Of a stretch of DNA of 64,000 bases, positions 63,454-64,000 are shown piece by piece (position 1 is the first letter of the stretch; each line of letters starts with the position of its first letter). The stretch comes from Archaeoglobus sp. JdFR-37 (GTDB lineage Archaea > Halobacteriota > Archaeoglobi > Archaeoglobales > Archaeoglobaceae). A model generated the notes under the pieces. It ran no database searches. It was given only the letters and a program-made list of their open reading frames with translations, and had not been told where the DNA came from. Made by a program: the position numbers and the translations under genes. The DNA is taken from NCBI GenBank assembly GCA_002010215.1, contig MTMY01000002.1, forward strand, positions 9,728 through 73,727, in the 5' to 3' direction.

Positions 63454-63705
63454 TTACTCCCTGATTATTCTGAAAATGACCGTATTTTCCGGGTCAGGAC
63501 ATTGCAAAACCTCGACAACATTTATCCAGTCTTCAGGTGGGGTCTCTCTATATGCGGCAGTGATATATGGAAGCAAGGCTGATATTGCGTATATGCAAAG
63601 CCTACCGGTTATGACCGGGTCCTCAACTTCTATTACGTCCCCTTTCTGATAACCTGCATAACACTCTCCTCTGACGTTTTCCACTACGATTCTCAACTTC
63701 TTCAT
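63454..63705 (-). CDS. TIGR04076-family small protein
   Basis: 83 aa. GECYAGYQKGDVIEV ... LQCPDPENTVIFRI matches my memory of the TIGR04076 family pattern. Confidence 0.6.
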   Translation of the reverse strand: MKKLRIVVENVRGECYAGYQKGDVIEVEDPVITGRLCIYAISALLPYITAAYRETPPEDWINVVEVLQCPDPENTVIFRIIRE

Positions 63706-63851
63706 GATTGTACGTTATGATATCTCTTCTTAAGGTTTGGCATATTGTGCTGTTAAGTCTGGATTGGAAGGTAAAAGGAGCAAGATAACAAAAACTGGAA
63801 AGTTTGAGATCCAAAACCTTGTAAAAGTTAAAAAATCGAATTCCCCGAAAA

Positions 63852-64000
63852 TCAGGGCTGCTTTATCTCTTCCGGTCTGTAATGTTTGGACAGCTTGTCC
63901 AAGAAATCCTCAAAACTTATCGTGTTAAGAATGCTCCAGTCGAAAGGTTCAGCATCTCTTTCCTCAATGTAGAGGGCGTTTGTGGGGCAGACTGCTATGC
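63852..64000 (-). CDS. C-terminal fragment of a 4Fe-4S ferredoxin-domain protein (5' part beyond window end)
   Basis: My own translation of the minus strand: ...AIAVCPTNALYIEERDAEPFDWSILNTISFEDFLDKLSKHYRPEEIKQP stop (TGA at 63852-63854). Confidence 0.5.
   Translation of the reverse strand, partial: IAVCPTNALYIEERDAEPFDWSILNTISFEDFLDKLSKHYRPEEIKQP

Noticed and set aside
63341-63649. 102-aa plus-strand ORF.
   Set aside because: It is antisense to the TIGR04076-like gene and begins in the G-rich ORB flank. It has no motif.
63758-63780. Degenerate ORB-like sequence TCTGGATTGGAAGGTAAAAGGAG.
   Set aside because: It needs indels and at least 8 mismatches relative to the 25-mer, and both the dyad and the G-string are lost.
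1-64000. Search for CRISPR arrays, transposases/integrases, tRNA genes and prophage-like or defence islands.
   Set aside because: I saw no regularly spaced 24-40-nt repeats, no DDE/tyrosine-recombinase-like ORFs and no cloverleaf candidates in the gaps. The accessory-looking low-GC patches (24.0-25.7 kb and 62.3-63.3 kb) carry no recognisable mobility or defence genes.

Overview
This is a 64-kb chromosomal window from an archaeon. The gene content (Rpo4/Rpo11, exosome Csl4, L21e, Pus10/TrmY, RNase P Rpp21, BpsA, digeranylgeranyl reductases, ADP-forming acetyl-CoA synthetase, archaeal PEP carboxylase, a multihaem cytochrome) fits a hyperthermophilic euryarchaeon of the Archaeoglobales type. 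That is my guess (Ferroglobus/Geoglobus/Archaeoglobus-like) and I cannot verify it here.

I see about 70 protein genes at high coding density and one stand-alone 5S rRNA gene. I found no tRNA, CRISPR array, transposase or integrase. All family calls rest on motif recognition in the supplied translations; no homology search was run.

Main blocks:
- LivJHMGF-type ABC transporter, an acyl-CoA synthetase and an aconitase-family large subunit.
- ABC transporter plus a large surface protein.
- A membrane-anchored octahaem HAO-like cytochrome.
- 5S rRNA followed by an information-processing cluster.
- A radical-SAM, transglutaminase-like and large membrane protein cluster.
- Polar amino-acid ABC transporter, carboxylate transporters and a CbiMQO ECF transporter.
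- A five-gene transglutaminase/MoxR/DUF58 operon.
- The speH-bpsA polyamine genes, and an ABC-2/CPBP module.

Most interesting observations:
1. Two perfect 25-nt inverted copies of a motif that closely matches the archaeal origin recognition box (ORB). They bracket a 3.8-kb segment containing an extreme-AT tract, which makes this a candidate oriC or Orc1/Cdc6 binding locus.
2. A class-III aminotransferase and a protein-kinase-like gene lie in the same frame, separated only by TGA plus two codons inside a 10-nt tandem duplication. This could be a kinase/phospho-lyase-type pair.
3. An archaeal HAO-family octahaem cytochrome with no obvious redox partner nearby.
4. A secreted-protein gene split by a frame change at a U-UUA site, 3 nt upstream of a 16-nt GC-rich palindrome.
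5. A 52-aa YHS-domain gene that the ORF track missed.
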